Shown here one piece after another: positions 39,356 through 52,039 of a DNA stretch of 64,000 nt. The stretch's first letter is position 1. Every line of letters starts with the position of its first letter. Below the pieces are notes generated by a model, which worked only from the letters and a program-made list of their open reading frames with translations, did not search any database and had not been told where the DNA came from. Location of the stretch: assembly GCA_951406725.2 (NCBI GenBank), contig OX597816.1, positions 89,342,001 to 89,406,000 of the forward strand. Direction: 5' to 3'. A program made the position numbers and the translations under genes. Source of the stretch: Octopus vulgaris. Its lineage: Eukaryota.

Positions 39356-39800
39356 GACTCGTTCCAATGGTCGGTTGCTTCATTTGTTGTACAGCATCTA
39401 CTGCAGAGAAAACTGGCCTTGCAGGGTTGCGCTCATGGAATGCGACATACCAGATATTCGTTGACAGAGTCAGGTGTGATCACCATTAGTAAGACTCTTT
39501 TTTCACAACTCGTCTGTCTCACAAAAGAGCAGCCCTTGGTTTTAAACAGAAAAGAGACATACCGCTTGACACCTGAATGCCATTAATTGCACACGGCCCA
39601 TTAATAGTCCACATTGATATTCTGTAGAAGATTGATGGTGGGGAAACGCAATGATTTTCTCGGAGAATCTCTAGATGCCGATGGAAATCGAGTGGCTTGT
39701 TTAGAACTGGATGATTCCTAGAAATTCCTAGCCTGTCAGTGCTACCGGCGGTCGGGGTACACTGTCGGTTCGAAATAAACTCAAAAGTTATGGTGGGGTG
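38050..39800 (+). mobile_element. L1/Tx1-like non-LTR retrotransposon RT remnants (partly duplicated, decayed)
   Basis: PITLINAELKILAKVLPKR..LVGETQAYSVPG..ALINLNQSKAFDRI, a second LSQSRAFDRVSH, and GCPLLSLLYVL. Interrupted by a (GT)n tract and a 17-bp tandem repeat at 38476-38565. Confidence 0.8.
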
Positions 39801-42800
39801 GTAACCAAGCCTATTCTAAATGCGCGCAAAGTAACGTTACTATTATGCAAGTGCTCACCTCGTGCCCGAGCATTAGAGACTAGTGAAGTTATATCGAGCA
39901 CTTGCTATGAAATGTTAGACAGATCCTGCTATCAGCTGTGTAGAGAACGAAGACTCAGTAGAGAGTATCCTGTGGTATTCGGTTTCGTTCCTTTACATTT
40001 AGAATTCAAGTCCCGTTGGGTCCGACTTTGCCTTCATCGTATCGAGTTTTAATGAAATAAGTATCAGTGGGGAATTAGGACTGGCTTTAACGGTGGATAT
40101 ATGTCACACCTTAAATGTGTAGTTTTGCGTATGTTAGAAATCATTACATTTACGAAGGTAGTGAGCGAAAGGATTCATGGAATTTTAAACCAAAGGCATC
40201 ACCGCATTTACTTACATCCATTTTCCGTCTTAATTCAAGCTGTCTTTGTTTTTTTTTGGGTTTTTTTGGGGGGGGGAGTCATATTTTAGGTTCGATAATA
40301 TAAGTTTTAGTTTAGTACCACTGTAGATATAAAGGTCAAGTTCATGAGCCATAATGCACGACCTTGTATCTATGGTAAAAATTATTATTATGGTACCAGA
40401 ATTTGGTGTGTTGTATAAACAGCAGGGTGCCGGTCTTAATAATGCATTTTTCAGTCTTGTTTCTTAGCCTTCCTTTCAAATTCACATAACGATGAGATAA
40501 ACTTTACCTTCTATTTATCCATGACTGCTAAAATATATACCAGTCAAGTACTGAGTCAATGATAGCTTTAAACATCCTGTCCGTAAATATTTGTGGCCAC
40601 GTGCCAAAGCTAGAAATCTTTATCGTTAATACAGGTTGGCTGAGAGATGTATATCTTCGTCATTGTTATTATAACCTGTCGAAACTTGAAAAATCTAACG
40701 ATAAAGAAATGGCTTGGCGTCTAGCCATTTACGCCGAATATACTTCGCAGCTCACTTCAGTGATTAATATATACCTATCATAAAGCCTTGGAATATTTCC
40801 ACCCTGATTTTAGTAGTACACATATTTTATTCTTCATATGTTCGATTTTTTTTTTTTGCGTAAAGGTTACCTGCATGTGGCAGACCTGTTTAACTGCTTA
40901 TTTTTTTCATTCTTCTCAGTTAGAATAATCGTTGGAGATGGCCAAGACAGTAAAATAACAATGTATATCCTTTAAACATAAACAGAAGGTACTTTAAATA
41001 TGTTAAATTCAAAATACAATCGTGATTGTTAGATTATCTAACTTTCTTTTTACTTCTTGCTTTGGTTTTCTTATAAATTTAGTAACATTAAACTACTGAA
41101 ATTAGTTTGTTCGATTAGATAGATATTCCTTACAATAGAATAAAGAAGAATATCTCAAAAGTAAGCTAAAAGTTTTCATTTGATGCAGATGTCACAGAGA
41201 GTGTAGAAAGTAGATATTTCACTTACTTCACACTTCTTTTGTCTCTGGCCATATTCATATAACTCGCGAGAAATAGCAGCCTGATCATTCTCAAATCATA
41301 GTCTACAACAATTTCAAAACGAGAACAAAGGATATGTTAAAAAAAAGCAAAAAATGTGACGGTAACTGTATAAATGTCGTCTGTTCGTTTTCATTCTAAG
41401 GCTCGAATTTGATCCTCAGTTGAATTATTAGAATTCATTTTGTGAAATACAAAGTGATTAATTGCTGAGTTAAAATCAAAATCCATATACAAGGAAAATA
41501 AGACACCATGAATAATCTAGCCCTCAGAGACAGAATCTCAGTTGCAATGGAAAGACGATTCGATATGCATGTATAAGCCTGCTCCGATTCATATAGTTAT
41601 AGAGGTTCCGAGTTTAGAACTAAGCTGATGATTTTAGATAAATCTTCCTCTAGATAAAAGCTGATAACTTCTGATACCGAAGAAATTGTACTCATTACTA
41701 CATGCCAATGAATTATCTGGCAACTCTGAAATGCTTATTGCTGCTTTCAGGACTAATTAGTGCCAAGTTAGAGCTACTTGTCATGGCCAGAACAATACGA
41801 GTTGATGGCAGTGTTCTCTAGAAGGCTAGAATTAATATCCACATTAATATTATGGTTAGTCATTTAAGTTTTTTGAAGAATGATGAAAGTAATAATTTAC
41901 TATTCCACATCGCTTATAATTTAACATCAATAATGTCAGAATTAGAGAAGGAATTGTTACTTTTCTAAAACCATATACTACTTACCTGATATGTCGCTTA
42001 AAACTTGCTCCAGGTAACAATTTTTATGAGAGAGGAATGAGATTCTATGATATCCGTGCTGTTACCAGAAGCATTAGCAAAATAAATGAAGGGAAATTGC
42101 TTCAAAGAGAAATCAAAGCTAAACCGATAAACCGATTCGTAATGATCTTTTCTTTAATCTCCGGTAAACAATTTTAAATGTCTGAATTAGTTAATGTATT
42201 TCTTAGAATTCTATATTCTGTTCGTTCCTCTGGAAAAGAAACTCGTATAAATTTTACATTAACCATGTTACTTTGATTTTATTGTTAACTACAGTAACTC
42301 ATCACGAATTCTTAGATGTTCATTTAGAGTAAACCTTATTAAACTCTGTTTCGTGTCTATATAAACAACAACAATAAAAAAAATATATGACTTTATTGTC
42401 ACTACTTTAACAAAAGCAACGTCATGTCTAGATGTTTTCGCTGGCTCGTTTCTTAGCACCATGTACTCCTCAACTAGCCTTGTTGTAGTACAACCAAAAC
42501 ACTTACTTACTATATATTAACTTTGATATTGATTACATACTACCCAACGACTTGTTGACGTTGATAATGTAGCAATAAGACAATATATATATACAGTTGA
42601 TGTGTTAGCAACATGTACTGATTGTTGAATTTTATATAATCCAAGCAAGGCGCACATTTCGACACATGTTCTTGTATAATGATGTCGAGGTCTCAGTTCC
42701 ATATCGGATTATGCCATTAATACTTGTACGAACAAAAAAGAATCTATATTTTATATCTATGTATGTGAGTAACCAAACATGAAAGGTGCATATATTAGCA

Positions 42801-43994
42801 CTAGCAAAGTTCTCATTATATTGACAAACATGCATTTGTATGTATGTATATATATATATACACTGTATATATTAGCAGCAAGTCAAAATTTCTTCGTCAA
42901 ATTCTATAATTTAGCAGTAAACACCAATCTATCTATATTTTAGCAAATGTCAACCCCAGTATTTGTTCACAAAGTTATATTTTTGTGTCTATGATTTCAA
43001 CATTAAGACGACGTGAGTGACGTGCACATTGGCTAAAAAATAAACCTTCATCAATATTTACGTTAGTAATAATTTCCTATCAATTGGTTACGTTAGTAAC
43101 AACAAATAGCTGACGTAAACTTTATTGGCTTAAAGAAAACTAAGTTGCAAACACATCGGGTTTTATGCAAGCAGCAAAATTCCAGCAAACATAGATAAGC
43201 TCCCATTTAGAAGTTAATACTGTAGCAATAATGGCTCGTCTTGATTTATTTATTTACTTATACTGTTAGCAACAAGGCGCCAGTAGGCGTCTGCTAACCG
43301 TATCCAAGTAACTAAGCCAAGTTGCGAACTACGTTTTTTTTTTTTAAATTACTCGTCAGTGAATAAAATATATTAAATAATGGATTTTAATGTAATTTGC
43401 AGTACATACTTAAAAGTTTTGCTAGAAATTACCAGCCATCATTGTTGTTCTCTTCATTATGGACAGCATCGCCCGCCTGCAAAGATTTCCATTAATGTGT
43501 TTTTCAGCAAGTGTTAGTATACTCGTGTTTATTTTCATTCTTTTAATTCTACATAAGTTTTGTCTTCGTTTATATTTCGTTTGTTTTTGTTTTTTGTTTC
43601 GGTTCTTAGTTGGCTACTTTGTTTTCTTTTCTTTCTAATTGCCAACATAAAGAAAAAAAAAGGAAGAAAGAAAGCTGGCCAACAGATTATGTCTACTTAC
43701 TCATTTCTTATGGGGATTTTTTTTGTTTTTGTTTTTTTGTTTTGTTTTTTTCATTATTTCATTTTGTTTTGCTTTCTACCTATCTTCTAACTGCTGCTGT
43801 ATCTTTTTACCTGTCTATATCTATCCCTGTTAGATTTCCACTTAGTCTTACTTAAGTGCTAGACAATCTCGCAAATAAGAAACGAATTATGAAGATTCAA
43901 GCCATTACATGTTTATTCACCGAAAATTGGCCGTTTCGACGTTGGAATCACTTTGAATCAGCTTTAAGTGGTAGCGGCTACGTTTTTCACATCT

Positions 43995-44135
43995 TTATCA
44001 TCATCGTCATCGTCATCATCCTCATCGTCGTCATCATCATCATCATCATCATCATCATCGTCATCGTCATCGACATCGTTGTTGTTGCTGTTGTTGTTGT
44101 TGTCGTAGTTGTAGTTGTGATTGCTGTTGCTAGTG
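43995..44135. repeat. (CAT/CGT)n-(TGT)n compound microsatellite
   Basis: Directly visible. Confidence 0.9.
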
Positions 44136-45179
44136 TTATAATATTTTCAATGTTGCCTTCTATATGATCGATGTACTTGCTTTCTCGCTTTCTCCCTCTG
44201 TGAATTTCCATTAGTTACCTGAAATGCAATAAAAAGTAGGAAAAAAAAAGACGAACATCGAATACACTTTGCCGAGCTCTCAAACGCATGAGTGTCATTG
44301 ATACGGTGGTGACGTTGTATTTGTTATCTTTTGAAGCTCTCGAGGTTATTACTATCGTTCTGGTTCGTATTGTTGTTGTTGATCTTGTTGTCTTGTTGAG
44401 ATCTTTATTATTGTTTCTGATACAGATGATGTTACTGATGGTGATGTTGATGCCGCTTTTTTGTATTTTGTATTTCATTATTTATATATACCTACTAGCT
44501 AAGAGTAGATTTTATTGGCTTAAGACTTTCATGGATTTGGCAGAATATTTATTAATCGTCTATAGTCCCCTATTTGTTAAACGTACTAAGCTACAGAAAT
44601 AAGACATGTATAGTAGCCGTTATAAAAGAAAATAATGTGCACTCGTTTAAATATGTTGTCATGAGGATAACTAACTTTGCAGTTCTTGTCAAAAAAATGA
44701 AGGCAAACTTATTACGATCGACGATAATAATAATAATAATAATAATAACAACAACAACAACAACAACCACAATAATAATAAAGGAGGCATGGGTCTTATC
44801 TAACTCGGAAACTACTATAAAACATCTACTGTAAGATGAAAATATAGCAAATAAAAAACAATAGGAAATAAATATATATTGTTACAAAACACGAACAAAA
44901 AGTTTTTTTGTCTTCAACGAAAGCAACAAATACAAATCAGAAACAGGAGACAGAAATGACAGGCATTTGTGAGCTAAAAGGTGAAAGAACACCAGAAATT
45001 ATGATAGAAGCAACCAATCTAGAAAACAAATATGGCTATACACTTCCATGCTAAAATGATGGTAAGAAAAGCTCTCAGATTATCATTGTTTGGAAAAAAA
45101 CACAGCGACAGAGCAGGAATATGGAAACAAGAAACAGCCACACTAGTCAACACTGGATGAGAAGGGTAGGACTTCAAAC

Positions 45180-45620
45180 TTGTATGAGCGGTTGTTGGTT
45201 ACGAAACATGACCAAAACTCCGCCACCAAAGCACTGCAGAATATATATGTGTTGGTCAGTAACAATTACACACATCGTCTCCAGCTGCTCACAATGAAAC
45301 ATTAGTACTGGTGATTATGCCAGTGTCATGAAGAACCAAAACAAAACAAGTATTACGAATAATAACAACAAAAGAGTTATGTTTAAAAGTAGTTACATTT
45401 TGTAAATGTACACAAATGAGAGAAGTCCGCTTATGCCATCAGTTCACACAGACAAGAAGAATAAGCTAATCGACGGATATTGCTGTCAACCAATATCAAA
45501 AGCGAACATACTCCTAAGTAATATATCAATCGCAACAGACGATAATGCATCTCTCAAAAAATTTGGAAAATATCAAACTATAAAGATCTTGAAATAGAGA
45601 TAACCAGAATAGTGACTAAA
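45180..45620 (+). mobile_element. Highly decayed R4/Dong 3' fragment
   Basis: HCRI...TITHIVSSC (CCHC finger), HTDKK..., and ISIATDDNASLKKF..YKDLEIEITR (RLE). Confidence 0.65.
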
Positions 45621-45994
45621 ACTTATCGATTCAAATCGCCCTTTTTAGGGTGACCCCTCATTTGTGATTGTCATCGTCTGCTTAACTAAATTGTTAATCC
45701 GATCTGGGTAAGCTTTGCGATCTGGGAAAGACGCGTTCAGCTTCAAGTAACAAGATCCCTTCCAGATATGTCTATCTTGTTTGGCCATACAGGTTATAAG
45801 TTTGTAATCTATGTAGCTGACCACTTCTATTTGTGGACAACCTACTCTATCTTTATCTACTAACCTGCAGAATTACCTATCTAGACATAATCTGAAGACA
45901 CAATACGGGTCTTCTATGTCCTTATTAGCATATTTGGGAAATTAAGTTCGTGTCTTAGAAAGTTGGAGACAACAATAATTCCTCAAATTTTGTG

Positions 45995-46167
45995 TCAGAG
46001 GTGGGGTAGTCGATTATATTAATCTCAACGTTCAAGTGTTACTTATAGTATCAACTCCGAAAGAATGAAAGGTAAAGTCAACTGTTTTTATCAGAAGATA
46101 AAAACAGAAGAAATGCCGCGAAACATTTTGTCTGGCGTGCTAATGATACTGCCAGTTTTCCACCTTA
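45995..46167 (-). mobile_element. SINE family C
   Basis: Minus-strand head aaggtggaaaactggcagtatcattagcacgccagacaaaatgtttcgcggcatttc, then tgactttacctttcattctttcggagttgata. Confidence 0.7.
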
Positions 46168-46204
46168 ATAATGATAATGATGATAATAATGATGATGATG
46201 ATGG

Positions 46205-46236
<32 letters not shown>

Positions 46237-46301
46237 ATGATGATGATGATAATGATGATGACTGATTGTAATATTTTGTGATGATAATAATAATGATGAA
46301 A

Positions 46302-47234
46302 GTATGCTGTTGGAATCTCCCTAAAAACACTGGTGACTGAGCAACCTGATAATTGCTACCTCATATGAGTGACAATGGAAAAACAAAATATTATGAATAA
46401 CGGTGGTAAAGAAACTGAAAACCTTGATGGTGGTAGTGTTGCACCTGGAAGGCTCAGAGATACTGGTCCGACCCGGAAACAGCGGCTCTAATCTGTGCTG
46501 CCCAAGAGCAAGCACTAAGAACAAACTACATAAAATAGAGAATAGACAACACATCAGAAAGTGATAAGTGCAGAATCTGTGGACAAAACGGTGAAATCGT
46601 ATGGCATATTCCCAGCCAATGTACGTCACTAGCCCAGAAGGAATATAAGAGACGCCACGACTATATAGCCAGGCTTTTCCATTGGACACTTTGAAACAAG
46701 TATGGACTTGACAGAGCAAAAAGTTGGTACGACCACAAACCTGAAAGCACCGTCTAAAATAGAAATGCAAAGATCCTATGGGATTTTATGATTCGATGCG
46801 ACCATGAGATTGAGAATAGGCAGCCGGATATAGTCTTAATTGAGAAAAAATTCAAACGATGCTGGATCATAGACACAGCGTGCCCAGCTGACAACAAGTT
46901 ATGCGATAAGGAAGAAAGAAATGTCGAGAGATACGATAGGTTAGCTTGGGAAGTTAAGCAGTTGTGGTCGATGAAAAAGGTAGCAGTAGTACCAATAATT
47001 GTTAGAACCCTGGGAACAGTGAGCAAAAATCTCGAGAAGTACGTAGAACAAATAGCAACTGCAATAAGGATGGAGCGCTTGCAGAAAACAGCACTGCTTG
47101 GAAAGGCTCGAATACTCCGGAAAGAGCTCTAAAAATCAGATGTGTTACCTTAGTTCACCGGTAGTGAACAGCTGACACTGTAGTATATCTCCAGCGTTAG
47201 AAGTTAGAAGCTGCGCAAAGAAAGAAAGAAAGAA
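46302..47234 (+). mobile_element. R4/Dong-clade element, 3' portion with a possible fused 5' end
   Basis: ETAALICAAQEQALRTNY, CRICGQNGEIVWHIPSQC, EYKRRHD, ILWDF..RQPDIVLIE..IIDTACP and LQKTALLGKARILRK*. 3' UTR hairpin gttcac-cggta-gtgaac, followed by (TAA)n. Confidence 0.9.
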
Positions 47235-47237
47235 ATG

Positions 47238-47320
<83 letters not shown>

Positions 47321-47321
<1 letters not shown>

Positions 47322-47876
47322 GACCTGATGCAGTACCAGGTAGTGGCTCTCATGGCTTTTTATCTTAAGTGGTTGGAAGTGTTATCATGTACATTATTTT
47401 GTCTTGGTGTAAAAGATGAGTTTACGGCAAATATCCTGCCCAATACCACAGGTTTCCTTGTCAGTTGGTTGACCTTAACCAGGTGAGCCTGTCTGTTTAA
47501 TGGCTGACGATATGTGCACCTGTGATCACAAGTAAAAGTAGCGGGGGGAATCATAGCCATATGTTGAGAGGAATTCGGTGAAGTTTGGATAATTCACCTC
47601 TGGAAACATGGGTGTTTCGTTCAACATCCTTAAACAATCCTTATGCAGGGACCTTTTGAACGAGATGGGCTACTCGACCAGAAGAAAATTCTAACTGGGC
47701 CCCACCAGCAAGGTCATGCGCTGTTTATCTTGATACAAGATCGCCATGTCGCGCACACACAGTTGTGATGCATGTGCCTGGTGTACCCTTGACAGACGGG
47801 TGGTCATTATGGGTCTGCTGGGCTTGGTATATTTTACTCCCGTGTGACTTTGATGGCATGCACTACTCTCACACTC
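47321..47876 (+). mobile_element. ~0.56-kb non-coding element flanked on both sides by (TAA)n, probably a non-autonomous R4/Dong derivative
   Basis: Sharp boundaries against TAA tracts. Short colinear peptide echoes of the R4 C-terminal region: YGKYP, WL, GIIA, LFILDTRSPC, VPG, RVVIMG. Confidence 0.6.
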
Positions 47877-47888
47877 AATAATAATAAC

Positions 47889-47959
<71 letters not shown>

Positions 47960-47995
47960 TATAATAACAACAACAACAACAACAACAATAATAAC

Positions 47996-49038
47996 GTAAA
48001 CAGACTGTATATGAAAAGAAAGAATGGTGGCAGAGGACTAATTATTATAGATCATTGTATAAGAAGTGAAAGGAGAATGCTCGCCGAGTATTTGATAAAT
48101 AGTGATGAAGACCTGCTGATATATGCCACGAAAGATATGTGTGAAAGTGCAGATGAAATGATGGGCAAGGAAGAGTTTAACCAAAGAGCTGAGGAGAAAA
48201 GAATACCTTGAAATGAGAACGTATGGAGTTTGGAAGAAATACACAGGACGTTAAGGATAATACAATATCGCGGGCATGATTTGAGCAAGGTGTTTTGAAG
48301 TGTACCACAGAAAGCCTGATCATTGCTGCACAAGACCAGGCTCTCGCTGCCAGTTCAGTGAAGTATAACATTTATTAATCTTCTGACACCCAGAAATGCA
48401 GACTCTGTGGAAAGAGTGTGGAAAATGTGACCCTCTCGGTAAGTGGATGTGAGAGCCTTGCACAAAAAGAATACAAGCACCACCACTATAAAATTTGTTT
48501 GTATCTTCAGTGATTGTTATGCTGTAAATACCAATATCAAGTAACAGGGAACTGGTATGAGCATGTACCAAGTAAAGTTATGCAGGAGGATGGAAAAGAA
48601 ACGATACTCTTGGATTATGATTTTCAGACGTATCGTGTAATCGAACACCGTCAAACACCTATTGTCATATTGAATATGAGAGACAAATACTCTTAGATCA
48701 TTGATGTAGCCATACCAAATGACATGAATGTTGTGAGTAAAGGAGTTGAAAAAATCTCCAAGTACTCCGAATTGAAAGTGGAAATGGCAAGATTGTATGC
48801 AATGCGAGAGGGTAATGTAAAAGTGATACCAGTGATGACTGGAGCGTTGGGCTCAACGCCCTTGAAACTTCAAGACTTCTTAAGACAACTGGAAATCCCA
48901 TGCAAGATTGATGTCTTGCAGAAAGCAGTCTTATTGGACACAGCGTACATCTTAAGGAAAGTTTTATCTGTCAGAGGTCCTTGTTGTGACTTGACAGATG
49001 ACTGCGGTGCGTTTTTTCCTACACTGTCTTACGAAGGA
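47996..49038 (+). mobile_element. 5'-truncated R4/Dong-clade element
   Basis: VNRLYMKRKNGGRGL, ESLIIAAQDQAL, CRLCGKSVENV, WYEHVP, IIDVAIPND..EKISKYSEL and LQKAVLLDTAYILRKVLS. TAA/TGA tail. Confidence 0.9.
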
Positions 49039-49089
49039 ATAATAATGATAATGATAATAATAATAATGATGATGATGATGATGATGATA

Positions 49090-49617
49090 ACACAAGACAG
49101 TGTTATGAATGCCCATAACAATAAAGCATGTTTATTGATCGACATGAGCATACCTTGTAGTCATAATATCTCGGCAAAAGAATTTAAAGATTTGGAAATT
49201 GAAAAAAACGTGGCATCTCAAAACGGTTACAATACCAGTAGTTGTAGGAGCATTTAGAATGATCAGAAAAGAAACTGAAAATTATTTGAGGATTATCCCT
49301 TGCTTACAATCCATGTAAGAAGTACAAAACATTGTTTTAACTGATATGTCACACGTATTGAGAAGAGCATTGTCACTGTGAATTTTCTTTCTTTCTCCCC
49401 CTTTATTTTCTGCTTTCGTTTTTTTCATTTCTTATAATTTTTTCTTCTTTCCCTTTCCTTTGTTTCTTCTCTTTTTTTTCTATCACACGATTTTATAAAT
49501 TAATCAATCTGGTGTGGTTTATTTTGATGACCTACCAATGTATACAGTGAGTTTCTTAGCCCTAGGTGTCGGAAAGACACTTGGCAAAAAGTGGAAACAA
49601 AATTAAAACAAGGGAGT
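49090..49617 (+). mobile_element. Short 5'-truncated R4/Dong fragment with a long 3' UTR
   Basis: CLLIDMSIPCSHNISAKEFKDLEIE, WHLKTVTIPVVVGAF and VLRRALSL*. Confidence 0.85.
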
Positions 49618-49629
49618 AATGATGATAAT

Positions 49630-49660
<31 letters not shown>

Positions 49661-49661
49661 C

Positions 49662-50463
49662 AAATTTACCAAAGGGAAATCACTATTAGATTCAGCACGG
49701 ATTTACCGAGGAAATCAATACGAAATTCGGCTTAGAAAAATGTGCCAAAGCAACGTTGAAGAGAGAAAAACTAATTAAGACAACAATATCATACTAGATA
49801 AATAATCTGAAATAACAGGACTAGACCAAGGCTAGACATAAAAATACTTAATAATTGATGAACCAAAAGTCAAAGAAGGGATATTATATATGAATTAGAT
49901 TACTACTTAAAACAGAGCTATATTAAAATATATATGGTATTAAGCATCTTTACTCTAGCTGTCTGAGATATGTTCCACTTTTAATATTAATTGGACGCAA
50001 AATGAACAAGTACGAGTAGACTGGAAAACATGAAAAATAAGGACTGCATTTAGTGCACACCCAGGAATTGAAGGCGATAGAGGCCTTAAGCAACTAGAAA
50101 ACTATTACAAATTATCCAAGACAAGACTATAAAATGATCTAATTCAGAAACAAGGAAAATTGACACAAAGCAATTTAAGTTCTTTGGAAATGACGAAATA
50201 ACCATACTCTGGGATATACCATAACCATCAAACAGGGAAGATAAGGGCAATAGACTAGATAATGTGATGAAGGACGATTAAGAAATAAGTGTTCCATTTC
50301 TAATAGAATAGGAGAGGAAATTAACCGAATGTAGAACAGAAACAATCATTATAATGATACATCATAGTATGACCAAAAACATTCAGACAACTACATAACC
50401 AACATTCCAGGAGTTACGAATATATATAACTTATACACAATAGCGCTGCTAAGTACCGCGCAC
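49662..50463 (+). mobile_element. Multiply deleted R4/Dong fragment related to the 13850-18143 subfamily
   Basis: HGFTEEINTKFGLEKCAKATLKR (cf. HGFTKEIDMKFGLEKCAKVTLKR), RGLKQLENYYK and SDNYITNIPGVTNIYNL..IALLSTAH. Confidence 0.8.
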
Positions 50464-50478
50464 GACGACGACGACGAC

Positions 50479-50516
<38 letters not shown>

Positions 50517-52008
50517 ATGTAAAAGCCCAAAAATTTTGATCAGTCAGTAGCACAGACCCAGTACTAGACTGGTACTCCACTGGTACTATACTGAAAAGAC
50601 GAAAGACAATGTCAGCTTCACTTCAGCAAAATTTGAACTCAAAATATAAAGAACAGGAACGGCAACGCGAGAAAGTGCGACAGAAACAGATTGACAGAGA
50701 AATAGGCAGAAAGACGAATGTGTTTAATCCTTGAAAAGTGAAAATTATAAGACATTGTCGGAACTGAATTTTTTGGAATATCTTTTTGAGCACAGGACAT
50801 ATGTAATGATGTTTAGAAGTTTGATGCGTAATTTTGATCTTTCACAACACAGTATTTGACAGTCGATTGCTTTCAATCAGAACATCGATAACTGATTCAT
50901 TTGGCTGATTTGTCCAGTTTAGGCATTCCTATACTCACACATCTGTTTCTGATCGATTGTGCACAGCTGAATGCACCCATCCATATATAAGAATATATTT
51001 TGTTACAAGTAAGAACTTGTGTCTATGTCACAATATAGTGTAAGTATTCGTTAAATTTTGACCATTTATTAAAATATCAGGTTTTGAAATAAATACGAAC
51101 AGTTAGAGAGAAAAGAAAACACTCATGGGATGCTATTTAACGATCAAATACAAGTCAGAGAGTGATAAAGTAAATTATGTTATATTAAATTTAGCTTGAC
51201 AACATAATAATTATAAAAGAGTAATGCGTGGAAATTGATGATGCTCTAGTTGTCACTACGTAAAAGCCAAATTATTCAAGCAATGAAATAAAGTATATGC
51301 ATAGTGTCAGAAAATTTATTCCATTACTAGAATTATTTGCCTAATAGTTGAAATTAGCTCAATATTCCTCGGGTTACTCTGTGTGCGGATTGTATAATCG
51401 TTGATTTATTCGTCCTGGTAGTATAATAATATCTGTAAAATTACATATAGAATATTTTATACCGATCGTATACAGAACATTAACATTTAATACAGAATGA
51501 TGTAGAGAGAAACAAATAAACTGAAAAAGAGGCAGGAGTGATATATGTAAAAAGCTATATACATAAGTTTCATTAACCAATGTGTCCTGTTTTTGAATCT
51601 TTGAGATGGGATTTGAGGGAGATTTTGTTGCTAATTATAGCCATTCGACAATGTTTATATTAGTGGTGCATTAGTCTTCCTAGTAAGCCACACATTACTG
51701 ACAACGCTATTATGCGTCATGCTGAAGTAATATTTTGAGAACATTCGTTCACAGCTACAAGCTATTGTTCAAGATATTGAATCTGCATCCATTGTCACGT
51801 GTATGTTTTTGTTGCATAACATGCTTTTTTCGGGATTTTATTTTTCTAGTAGATTGTATAGAGAAAACCTTTGACGTAAGATGCAGCATACCTGTAAATC
51901 AAAGTTTATTACTTTGCTTTATGACGTCTATAGTTAATGGTTGTATTTGCAAAAATATGTAGGTTTATTTGCAGGCATATGTATATTTGTATGTGTGTGT
52001 ATATATGC

Positions 52009-52039
<31 letters not shown>

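Noticed and set aside
43433-43476. 44-nt minus-strand micro-exon (AGDAVHNEENNNDG) with ag/gt ends
   Set aside because: Weak acceptor tract, no partner exons and no recognisable homology.
45630-45985. Possible RTE-type LINE 3' remnant on the minus strand
   Set aside because: Only faint motif echoes (AKQDRHIWK); too weak to call.
48724-49257. 177-aa ORF with a poly-Met/Ile linker
   Set aside because: Chance read-through from one R4 fragment across its UTR and a microsatellite into the next fragment.
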